The notes beneath the pieces were generated by a model. The model did not search any database. It saw nothing but the letters and a program-made list of their open reading frames with translations, and had not been told where the DNA came from. A DNA stretch of 63,067 nucleotides, counting the filler, from Reclinomonas americana ATCC 50394 (taxonomy: Eukaryota): NCBI GenBank assembly GCA_048213135.1. It is 23 parts of 23 records of this genome, joined end to end, with 100 filler letters (N's around TTAATTAATTAA, not from the genome) between each part and the next. Parts side by side here need not be neighbours in the genome. Positions count along the whole stretch, not along the records: positions 55,770 to 58,019 come from AFZH01023289.1; positions 58,120 to 60,227 come from AFZH01023291.1; positions 60,328 to 61,645 come from AFZH01023292.1; positions 61,746 to 63,067 come from AFZH01023300.1; 19 more parts are not named here. The stretch is one strand, 5' to 3'. Both the position numbers and the translations under genes were made by a program. Below are positions 55,770-63,067 of this stretch, piece by piece (position 1 is the stretch's first letter; every line of letters starts with the position of its first letter).

Positions 55770-56561
55770 GAGGAGCGACTCGGGGTCAGGCTGGTGCAGC
55801 GCTCGACGCGCCGCTTCGCCGTGACCGAAATCGGCCGGGAGTATCACCGGCACTGCCTTGCGATGCTGGTCGAGGCCGAGGCGGCGCAGGAGGCGATCGA
55901 CCGGGTCAGGGCGGCGCCGCAGGGCGTGGTGCGCGTCGCCTGCCCGTCGGCGGTGCTCTATTTCCAGGTCGGGCCGATGATCGCCCGCTTCCTCGCCGCC
56001 TGCCCGAAGGTCGAGGTGCAGCTGGAGAGCACCAACCGGCGGGTCGACGTGATCCGCGAGGGTTTCGACATCGCGATCAGGGTGCGCTTTCCGCCGCTGG
56101 AGGAGAGCGAATTGGTGATGAAGGTGCTGGCCGAAAGCACGCAGCGGCTGGTGGCGGCGCCGCAGGTGTTGGCCGGGATCGATCGGCCGCTGGTTCCCGC
56201 CGATGTCGGCACGCTGCCGAGCCTGTCATGGGGCGGCCCGCATCAGAGCCATGACTGGCAGCTCAAGGGGCCAGGCGGCGCCGAGGCCGGCATCCGCCAC
56301 CAGCCGCGCTTCGTCACCGAGGACATGGTGGCGCTGCGCCATGCCGCTCTGCAAGGTGTCGGCATCGTGCAGATGCCGACCATGGTGGTGATCGAGGACA
56401 TCAGGGCGGGCCGGCTGGTCGAGGTCCTGCCGGACTGGGCGCCGCGCGCCGGCATCATCCACGCCGTGTTTCCGTCGCGGCGTGGCCTGCTGCCTTCCGT
56501 CCGGGCGCTGCTCGACTTCCTTGGAAGCGAATACGCCCGGCTGGATGCCGAGAGCCGCTAA
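55770..56561 (+). CDS. LysR family regulator, CrgA-like (5' truncated)
   Basis: ERLGVRLVQRSTRRFAVTEIG; TNRRVDVIREGFDIAIR; RALLDFL. Confidence 0.92.
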   Translation, partial: EERLGVRLVQRSTRRFAVTEIGREYHRHCLAMLVEAEAAQEAIDRVRAAPQGVVRVACPSAVLYFQVGPMIARFLAACPKVEVQLESTNRRVDVIREGFDIAIRVRFPPLEESELVMKVLAESTQRLVAAPQVLAGIDRPLVPADVGTLPSLSWGGPHQSHDWQLKGPGGAEAGIRHQPRFVTEDMVALRHAALQGVGIVQMPTMVVIEDIRAGRLVEVLPDWAPRAGIIHAVFPSRRGLLPSVRALLDFLGSEYARLDAESR

Positions 56562-56621
56562 ACGAGAGCGGCCGAGCATCTGCCCGGCCGCCATTGAGTG
56601 CCTTGCCGTCAGTGGTCTCGC

Positions 56622-57068
56622 CTATTTGAACGCGATCACGACGCCGTCGGCGCCGATCGTGGCCTGCAGGCCTTGGCGGCGGGTGTCGAGGCTGATGGTC
56701 ACGCCCTTGTCGTTCTTGAGCCAGACCCGGCCCTGGCCGGCGCGGCCGACGGCCCAGCCTTCCTTGAGCTGGACATAGGGACCGGCGAGGTCGTTGCGTT
56801 CGGTCAGTCCGTAGACGCGCCCGCTGGCGACGACGCGGGAAGCACCGATGCCGCCGATGCCGAGACCGCCGATCGAGATCGGATAGGAACGGCCGCGATA
56901 GGTGAAGGTGCCGCCGCCGAGTTCACCGGAGGCGATGAAGGCCACCGAGATCTGCTCGATCTTGATCGAACCGGTCTGCGGACCGAGCGTTCGCGGCTGC
57001 GCGACGGCCGTGCCGGTGACGAGGGCAAGCGCGGCGGCGCCGGCGAAGAAAGATTTGATGGCGGGCAC
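56622..57068 (-). CDS. Secreted beta-rich protein, DUF1134/EipA-like
   Basis: Signal peptide; GGGTFTYRGRSYPISIGGLGIG; LKNDKGVTI. Family recalled from memory. Confidence 0.6.
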   Translation of the reverse strand: MPAIKSFFAGAAALALVTGTAVAQPRTLGPQTGSIKIEQISVAFIASGELGGGTFTYRGRSYPISIGGLGIGGIGASRVVASGRVYGLTERNDLAGPYVQLKEGWAVGRAGQGRVWLKNDKGVTISLDTRRQGLQATIGADGVVIAFK

Positions 57069-57146
57069 GGGCGGTACTCCTTGGTGATGCAACGGAGTCA
57101 ACAACCGCCGGAGAGCCCGGCGGTTCCCTGTGCCTGCCTCGCCGTC

Positions 57147-57250
57147 TAGAGCAATTCCGCAATTCGCCAAATCGCGGAATTGCTCTACATCTTTGTTCTA
57201 TCGCACTTTCTTCATGCGAGCCGGTGTCCACTTCGCTCGAAAATGCTCTA
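57147..57250. repeat. Palindromic intergenic element (RIME/MITE-like) bounded by TAGAGCA ... TGCTCTA
   Basis: 14-bp perfect IR TAGAGCAATTCCGC / GCGGAATTGCTCTA; a second TGCTCTA end supplies the stop codon of the neighbouring gene. Confidence 0.7.
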
Positions 57251-58019
57251 CCGGAAGGGCGGCGAGTACTGGATGCCGCCCTTGCTCCAGAGTTCGTTGG
57301 GGCCGCGCGCCAGCTGCAGGCGCGAGCTCTTGCCGAGATGGCGCTCGAAGCTCTCGCCGTAATTGCCGACGGTCGAGATGATGCGCACGACCCAGTCGTT
57401 GCTGACGCCCATCGCCTCGCCCATCTTGCCGTCGAGGCCGAGGAAGCGCTTCACCTCCGGGTTCGACGACTTCAGCATCTCCTGGAGATTGGCCTTGGTG
57501 ATGCCGAGCTCCTCGGCGTTGATCAGCGCCAGCACGGTCCAGCGCACCAGGTTGAACCAGCTCTCGTCGCCGGTGCGGACCCAGGGGCCGAGCGGCTCCT
57601 TCGAGACCACCTCCGGCAGGATGACGTGACTGTCGAGGTCCTGAAGCTTCAGCCGGACGGCCGAGAGCGCCGAGATGTCGGTGGTGTAGGCGTCGCAGCG
57701 GCCGGATTCATAGGCTTTCAGCGCTTCCTCCGAAGTGCCGAAGGCGGCAGCCTCGTATTTCTTGCCTAGCTTGCGGAAGTAGTCGGCGAGGTTGAGCTCG
57801 CTGGTCGTGCCCTGCGCGACGCAGACCGAGGCGCCGTCGAGCTGGGCCGCCGAGGAAACGCCGAGCTTCTTCGAGACCATGAAGCCCTGGCCGTCATAAT
57901 AGTTGACGGTGGTGAAGGTGACGCCCTGGCCGGCATTGCGCGACAAGGTCCAGGTCGTGGTGCGCGGCAAGACGTCGATCTCGCCGGCCTGCAGAGCGAT
58001 CAGCCTGTCCTTCGAGGTG
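57248..58019 (-). CDS. aapJ: General L-amino acid ABC transporter substrate-binding protein (5' truncated)
   Basis: NYYDGQGFMV; GTTSELNLADYF; GRCDAYTTD; SKEPLGP; VGNYGESFER; GGIQYSPPFR. Confidence 0.85.
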
Positions 58020-58119
58020 NNNNNNNNNNNNNNNNNNNNNNNNNNNNNNNNNNNNNNNNNNNNTTAATTAATTAANNNNNNNNNNNNNNNNNNNNNNNNN
58101 NNNNNNNNNNNNNNNNNNN

Positions 58120-58689
58120 GTCTCGACCAGCGAGGCGGTCCTCGGCGCGATCGCGAACTCAGGCGTGCGCACGCCGCAATCGGACATGATCGAGATCGCG
58201 CTCGAAGCTGCGGCCGCGATCGCGGGCCTGTTCGAGCAGGCGCTGGCAACGGGGCAGGCCAGCCAGGCCGATCTGTTCGACGAGGCCTACAGGCCGATTC
58301 CGGGCAGCGATCCCCAGCAGTTCATGACGCGTTTCACCGAGCTGACCGACAGGCTGCTGCCTTCGGTGCAGGAGAAGATGCTGTCCGCGAGCAAGCGGAT
58401 CGTCTTCTGCGCGGCGGTCGACCGCAATGGCTACCTGCCGACGCACAACCGCAAATATTCGCAGCCGCAGGGACACGACCCGGTCTGGAACCACGCCAAT
58501 TGCCGCAACCGGCGCATCTTCAACGATCGCACCGGCCTTGCCGCGGCGCGCAACCAGAAGCCGTTCCTGCTGCAGACCTATCGGCGCGACATGGGCGGCG
58601 GCAATTTCCTGGTGATGGAGGACCTGTCGGCGCCGATCGTCGTCAGGGGCCGGCACTGGGGCGGGGTCCGGTTCGGGCTCAGCGTATGA
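58120..58689 (+). CDS. C-terminal extra domain of a methyl-accepting chemotaxis protein
   Basis: AVDRNGYLPTHN...NCRNRRIFNDRTG...LLQTYRRDMG...GRHWGG, a domain I recall on chemoreceptor C-termini; lies in a che cluster. Confidence 0.75.
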   Translation, partial: VSTSEAVLGAIANSGVRTPQSDMIEIALEAAAAIAGLFEQALATGQASQADLFDEAYRPIPGSDPQQFMTRFTELTDRLLPSVQEKMLSASKRIVFCAAVDRNGYLPTHNRKYSQPQGHDPVWNHANCRNRRIFNDRTGLAAARNQKPFLLQTYRRDMGGGNFLVMEDLSAPIVVRGRHWGGVRFGLSV

Positions 58690-58757
58690 GGGAGTTGGCG
58701 GAGCCTTAACCGCCGCGTGCAAGTGTCTTAGTCGCGTACGGGTTTCGAGTTGCGGAC

Positions 58758-59225
58758 ATGCATATCGCGCCATCCTTCCCCAATCTCTCGGTGCTGCTGA
58801 TCGACCCCAGCCCGCACTATCGGCGCATCATCCGTACCATGCTCTACCAGGCGCAGCTGCAGCGGGTGTTCGAGGCGGCCGATCTCGCCACGGCGGCGAC
58901 GACGTTCATCCAGAAGCAGCCCAACATCGTCATGCTCGACTGGGACCTGCCCGATGGCGACAGCGTCAAGTGCCTGGCCTCGATCCGCTCGTTCAAGACC
59001 TCGCCCTTCGCCAAGGCGCCGGTGCTGGTGATGATGGAAAAGCCGGATCGGCGCGCGGTGGTGCAGGCCGCCAAGCTCGGCGCGCACGAGATCATCGTGA
59101 AGCCGATCTCGCCGAACAATCTCTGGCTGCACCTGTCGGGGATCATCAACATCCCACGCAAGTACAAGGAAGTGAACGGCAGCATCTCGCTCGTGCCGCG
59201 CGCGATCAGCAACAACCTGTTCTGA
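58758..59225 (+). CDS. Single-domain response regulator with C-terminal extension
   Basis: VLLIDP; IVMLDW; IIVKPISP. Confidence 0.85.
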   Translation: MHIAPSFPNLSVLLIDPSPHYRRIIRTMLYQAQLQRVFEAADLATAATTFIQKQPNIVMLDWDLPDGDSVKCLASIRSFKTSPFAKAPVLVMMEKPDRRAVVQAAKLGAHEIIVKPISPNNLWLHLSGIINIPRKYKEVNGSISLVPRAISNNLF

Positions 59226-59341
59226 CGTTGAACGGAGCTGCCGCGGAACGGTCACAATCCTTGCCGCGAGCCGGTGCGGTTAGCGAAATTTTTACCAATC
59301 CCGGGGATGCTTCCCAGTCAATAAACACAGGGCGCGCCGCC

Positions 59342-59623
59342 GTGGTCATCACTGTCTCCCTTCCGCCTTTCCTCGGCCGGTCAGAGGCTGCCGCCTTCCG
59401 CAATCAGCTCCTCGTCGCGCTGGAGCAGAAGGAAAGCATCGCAGTGGAATGCGCCGATGCCGGACCGTTCCCGAGCCTTTGGATCCAGCTCCTGCATGCG
59501 GCCGCCACCAGCGCCAAGGCGCGCGGTCTCAGCGTCACGCTCAAGGCGGTCTCGGACGAGTGCCGCCAATCCTTTCAGGCGATCGGGTTCGACCCGGCGC
59601 AAAGCGCTCTCGTTCTGGAGTGA
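59342..59623 (+). CDS. STAS-domain protein (CheS-like position before cheY-cheA)
   Basis: 93 aa; WIQLLHAAATSAKARG motif; gene order STAS-cheY-cheA. Confidence 0.7.
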   Translation: MVITVSLPPFLGRSEAAAFRNQLLVALEQKESIAVECADAGPFPSLWIQLLHAAATSAKARGLSVTLKAVSDECRQSFQAIGFDPAQSALVLE

Positions 59624-59630
59624 TCCCGCG

Positions 59631-59990
59631 ATGAAGATTCTCGCGATCGACGATACCAAGACCTTGCTCAGCCTGCTCAGCATGACGCTGCGCAATGCCG
59701 GCCACGAGGTTGCAGAGGCAGAGAACGGGGAGGAAGGGCTGACCCGCTTCGACCAGTTCAAGCCCGACCTCGTCATCACCGACCTCAACATGCCGATCAT
59801 GGACGGCATCGAGTTCACGCGCGCCTGCCGCGCGCGCCCGGCCGGGCAGAACACCCCGATCATCGTGCTGACCACCGAGAACGGCGCCGAGATCAAGGCG
59901 GAAGGCCGCCGCGCCGGCGCCAGCGCCTGGATGGTCAAGCCGTTCGAACCAAACACCCTGCTCGGCCTCGTCGCGCGCTACCAGAACTGA
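59631..59990 (+). CDS. cheY: Chemotaxis response regulator
   Basis: ILAIDD; ITDLNMP; VLTTE; WMVKPF; directly upstream of cheA. Confidence 0.88.
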   Translation: MKILAIDDTKTLLSLLSMTLRNAGHEVAEAENGEEGLTRFDQFKPDLVITDLNMPIMDGIEFTRACRARPAGQNTPIIVLTTENGAEIKAEGRRAGASAWMVKPFEPNTLLGLVARYQN

Positions 59991-59998
59991 GGCGGCCT

Positions 59999-60227
59999 AT
60001 GGATCCCCCTGGCGGAACTCAAGCAGACCTTCTTCCAGGAGTGCGAGGAACTCCTCGGCGCGCTGGAGCAGAAACTCCAGGCGCTCGACGAGGGCTCGAC
60101 GGATTCCGAGGATGTCAACGCGGCCTTCCGCGCCATCCACTCGATCAAGGGTGGCGCCGGCGCCTTCGGCTGCACCGAGCTCGTCGGCTTCGCCCATGTC
60201 TTCGAGGCGGCGCTCGACCATCTCCGC
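59999..60227 (+). CDS. cheA: Chemotaxis kinase CheA, Hpt domain fragment (frameshift in C-run ~60005)
   Basis: Corrected frame: MDPLAELKQTFFQECEELL...AAFRAIHSIKGGAGAFG. Confidence 0.88.
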
Positions 60228-60357
60228 NNNNNNNNNNNNNNNNNNNNNNNNNNNNNNNNNNNNNNNNNNNNTTAATTAATTAANNNNNNNNNNNNNNNNN
60301 NNNNNNNNNNNNNNNNNNNNNNNNNNNGCGGTCACGATGATCTATTACATTGTTATC

Positions 60358-60403
60358 GCATCGGATTATTCCGAAAAGTGGATTCCATTTTTCGGTCCGA
60401 TGC
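60358..60403. repeat. Palindromic intergenic element
   Basis: GCATCGGA...CCGAAAAGTGGATTCCATTTTTCGG...TCCGATGC. Confidence 0.65.
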
Positions 60404-60418
60404 CGTAGGGAGAGTACG

Positions 60419-60805
60419 ATGTCAAAGGCGAGAAGCGACTATCGCATCCTCGTGGTCGACGACCAGAAGAGCATGCGTGGCCTTGCCACCTACTTCCTCA
60501 AGCAGATCGAGTTCCAGGACATCGACGAGGCGGAAAATGCCCGCGAAGCCCTGATGAAGATGCAGGTCAAGCGCTATGACCTGCTGCTGCTCGACTGGAA
60601 CATGGACGGGATGAGCGGCATCGACCTGCTGCGCGCCATCCGCTCGGTGCCGGAGCTCAACCAGATCAAGATCATCATGGCGACCTCGGAACGCTCGGTC
60701 GACAAGATGGACGAGGCGACCAGCAACGGCGCCGACCATTATGTCGTGAAGCCCTATGAATTGCGCGATCTCGAGGTGCGCGTGAAGAAGGTGCTCGCCT
60801 GCTGA
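60419..60805 (+). CDS. Second CheY-like response regulator
   Basis: ILVVDDQ; LLDWNMDGMSG; MATSE; YVVKPY. Confidence 0.88.
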   Translation: MSKARSDYRILVVDDQKSMRGLATYFLKQIEFQDIDEAENAREALMKMQVKRYDLLLLDWNMDGMSGIDLLRAIRSVPELNQIKIIMATSERSVDKMDEATSNGADHYVVKPYELRDLEVRVKKVLAC

Positions 60806-60937
60806 GCGGCCGACGCTCCTGCGAAAATGATCGACGCCTCGGCCCGCGCCGGGGCGTTTTTCATTTTCGCTCGCGGATATCTTACTTTGCGAGTAGGCTC
60901 GATCGGCCTTAGCCTCGCAGCATCGCGGAGCTTGTCC

Positions 60938-61495
60938 ATGCGCCTTCATCGCCGCCAGATTCTCGCCTTGCTCGCGCTCGCACCGGCTGCCCCGGCATTC
61001 GCCGCGCAGGGCGAAAGCAACGCCTATGCCTTCAGCTTCGACCGGGCGGAAGGCGGGCGCATCCCGCTCTCGGCCTATCGCGGCAAGCCGATCCTGATCG
61101 TCAACACGGCGACGCAGTGCGGGCTGGCCGGGCAATTCGCCGGATTGGAGCAGCTCTGGGAACGCTATCGCGAGCGCGGCCTCGTCCTGATCGCGGTGCC
61201 GAGCAATGATTTTGGTGGGCAGGAGCCGCTCGACGGCGCGGCGATCGCCGAAGCGGTCCGCCAGAGCCATGGCGCCAACTATCCGATCACCCAGAAGAAC
61301 GTGGTGCGCGGGCCTGACGCGCATCCGTTCTATCGCTGGGCGGCCAATCAGCGCCCGAGCGAATTGCCGAGCTGGAATTTCCACAAATACCTGATCGGCC
61401 GCGATGGCAGCCTGGTCGGCAGCTTCAGCTCGCGGATGGACCCGCTGTCGCCGGAGCTGATCCGCGCGATCGGGCAGGAGCTGGAGAAGGGCTGA
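60938..61495 (+). CDS. Glutathione peroxidase family protein with twin-arginine-like signal
   Basis: VNTATQCG; PSNDFGGQEP; WNFHKYLI; N-terminus MRLHRRQIL. Confidence 0.92.
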   Translation: MRLHRRQILALLALAPAAPAFAAQGESNAYAFSFDRAEGGRIPLSAYRGKPILIVNTATQCGLAGQFAGLEQLWERYRERGLVLIAVPSNDFGGQEPLDGAAIAEAVRQSHGANYPITQKNVVRGPDAHPFYRWAANQRPSELPSWNFHKYLIGRDGSLVGSFSSRMDPLSPELIRAIGQELEKG

Positions 61496-61515
61496 GCTCG
61501 CGAGCCGGCCTCATG

Positions 61516-61610
61516 CCGTCATGGTCGGGCTTGTCCCGACCATCCACGTCTTCCTGTAGCGAATGCGGTGTTCAAGACGTGGATGCTCGCCACAAGGGCG
61601 AGCATGACGG
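61516..61610. repeat. Inverted REP doublet (CGTC-type, alphaproteobacterial)
   Basis: CCGTCATGGTCGGGCTTGTCCCGACCATCCACGTCTT ... AAGACGTGGATGCTCGCCACAAGGGCGAGCATGACGG. Confidence 0.8.
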
Positions 61611-61812
61611 GTTGGAAGTACGCCGCCGCTAAAGATTCAACTGCGNNNNNNNNNNNNNNNNNNNNNNNNNNNNNNNNNNNNNNNNNNNNTTAATTAATTA
61701 ANNNNNNNNNNNNNNNNNNNNNNNNNNNNNNNNNNNNNNNNNNNNATCGTTTCGGCCGACGACTCGCGGCCAGAAGAGACGATTCCGGTCGCCCGAGCGA
61801 TTCAGCTCGACC

Positions 61813-62775
61813 TCAGGGGCTTTCGGCCCGCTCCCCCGAGTGCCAGCCGGCGGCGATCTCCCGCAGCGCCGCGATGAAGATCTGGGCCGACAGGGACAGG
61901 ACGGCGTCGGCACGCGTGGTCAGGCCGACCGGCCCCAGCGTGTCCTCGGTATGGGCCGGCAGCAAGGCGAGCTGGCCGCTGGCGACGTCCTCGGCGACCA
62001 CACCTTCTGAAATGAACCAGATCGCGTCGGTCTGCCTGAGATAGCCGCGGGCGAAGGAGTCGGAGACGGTCTCGATCACGCCCGAGCGTGGTTGGATCGA
62101 ATTGGCGATCATGTAGCGCTCGACCGTCGAGCTGATCACCGAGCCCGGCGGCGGCATGAGCAATTGATGCTGCGCGATCGCGGCCGGGGCGAAAGCCTTC
62201 GCATCGAGCAAGGGGTGCTCCGGCCGGACCACCAGGCCGATCCGCTCGGAATAGAGGTGCTCGAAATTGAAGCCTGTCATCGTCTCCGGCGCGGCCATGC
62301 GCCCGATGACGAGATCGAGGTCGCCGAGCCGCAGCTGCGTCATGAGCACGTCGTTTGCCCCGGTCACGACCCGGGGCCTCAGGCGCTCATAGCGTTGCGT
62401 CACATGGGCGATGGTCGCCGGCAGGATCCGGGCCGAGGCCGTCGGCAGCGCCCCGACGGTGAAGGCATGCTCCGGCGACATCTCGTCGCCGCCGATCATC
62501 CGCACGCCCTGCTTCAGAGCCGTGACGCTGGCGCTGGCATAGCGCAGGAATATCTCGCCGGCGCCGGTGAGCAGCATGGTCCGGCGATTGGGCTCGAACA
62601 GGGTCACGCCCAGGAGCTCTTCGAGCTCCTGCACGGTCTTGGAGATCGCGGGCTGGCTGACATGAAGCACCGCAGCCGCCTTGACGACGCTCTTCAGCCG
62701 CGCGACCTCGATGAAGCAACGGAGGTGGCGGAACTTGATCCGCCGATCCATCGCTGACAGGAGTGGCTCAGCCAT
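61813..62775 (-). CDS. pcaQ: LysR-type protocatechuate pathway regulator
   Basis: MDRRIKFRHLRCFIEVARLKSVVKAA; FEHLYSE; IETVSDSF; WFISEGVV; divergent from a pcaF-like gene. Confidence 0.85.
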   Translation of the reverse strand: MAEPLLSAMDRRIKFRHLRCFIEVARLKSVVKAAAVLHVSQPAISKTVQELEELLGVTLFEPNRRTMLLTGAGEIFLRYASASVTALKQGVRMIGGDEMSPEHAFTVGALPTASARILPATIAHVTQRYERLRPRVVTGANDVLMTQLRLGDLDLVIGRMAAPETMTGFNFEHLYSERIGLVVRPEHPLLDAKAFAPAAIAQHQLLMPPPGSVISSTVERYMIANSIQPRSGVIETVSDSFARGYLRQTDAIWFISEGVVAEDVASGQLALLPAHTEDTLGPVGLTTRADAVLSLSAQIFIAALREIAAGWHSGERAESP

Positions 62776-62781
62776 GGCTCG

Positions 62782-62797
62782 ATAACCCCCCAGTTAT
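62782..62797. promoter_or_regulatory. Probable PcaQ binding site ATAAC-N6-GTTAT
   Basis: ATAACCCCCCAGTTAT immediately upstream of pcaQ; resembles the rhizobial PcaQ box. Confidence 0.7.
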
Positions 62798-62961
62798 TAT
62801 CCTAGGCAGTGATTTCATTTAACATAAGAGTTTCGCTGCTGCATATTCCCGGCACAGGCAGCGCCGGCAGCTTTGGCACCGGCGGCCAAGGCAAGAAGAC
62901 AATCGCCTTCGTCGCGTCCGGCGACGAGTGGACTTTGAGGAAACAACAAGGGTTTTCCCGC

Positions 62962-63067
62962 ATGAGCGAAGCCTTCATCTGCGCCTATGTCCGCACGCCG
63001 ATCGGCCGTTTCGGCGGCTCCCTGTCTTCCGTGCGGGCGGACGATCTCGGCGCCGTGCCGCTGAAGG
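62962..63067 (+). CDS. pcaF: 3-oxoadipyl-CoA thiolase, N-terminal fragment
   Basis: MSEAFICAYVRTPIGRFGGSLSSVRADDLGAVPLK. Confidence 0.8.
   Translation, partial: MSEAFICAYVRTPIGRFGGSLSSVRADDLGAVPLK

Noticed and set aside
6060..60010. Frameshifts in bacterial genes (~6070, 8700, 9010, 13510, 52565, 53950, 60005) as pseudogenes or programmed frameshifts
   Set aside because: Single-base shifts, mostly at homopolymer runs, in otherwise intact genes from two different organisms; sequencing error is the simpler explanation.
1..63067. tRNA, rRNA, transposase or integrase genes
   Set aside because: None recognisable by eye; a covariance-model and HMM scan would be needed to exclude them.

Overview
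This window is not one replicon. It is 23 short contigs joined by an identical 100-nt linker (44 N + TTAATTAATTAA + 44 N), from at least three organisms. (1) An intron-rich microbial eukaryote (1-4381 and 22278-49241) carries a gene built from at least 4 tandem multi-exon modules with an HH-x8-CxxC motif, an NLR-like STAND-NTPase/TPR gene, a small 4-TM gene, a CoA-type Nudix hydrolase, ARPC2, a TRAF-like zinc-finger gene, an MFS transporter and several tandem repeats. Many of its introns appear to start with an unusual GTTGCG/GTTGAG donor. (2) A high-GC actinobacterium, Microbacterium-like by inference (4482-22177), carries a glucuronide-utilisation region (uidA, uxaC, two LacI regulators, TetR, two MFS, two ABC systems) tied together by four copies of a TGGCAAnCGGTTGnCA operator. 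It also has a two-component pair next to a candidate secreted bacteriocin precursor plus immunity gene. (3) An alphaproteobacterium, Bosea/Rhizobiales-like by inference (49342-63067), carries chemotaxis, transport, pcaQ/pcaF and palindromic repeat elements. Several genes continue across linkers, so neighbouring contigs are at least sometimes in scaffold order. Scattered single-base frameshifts, mostly in homopolymer runs, look like sequencing error. All gene models and family calls were made by eye; no searches were run.
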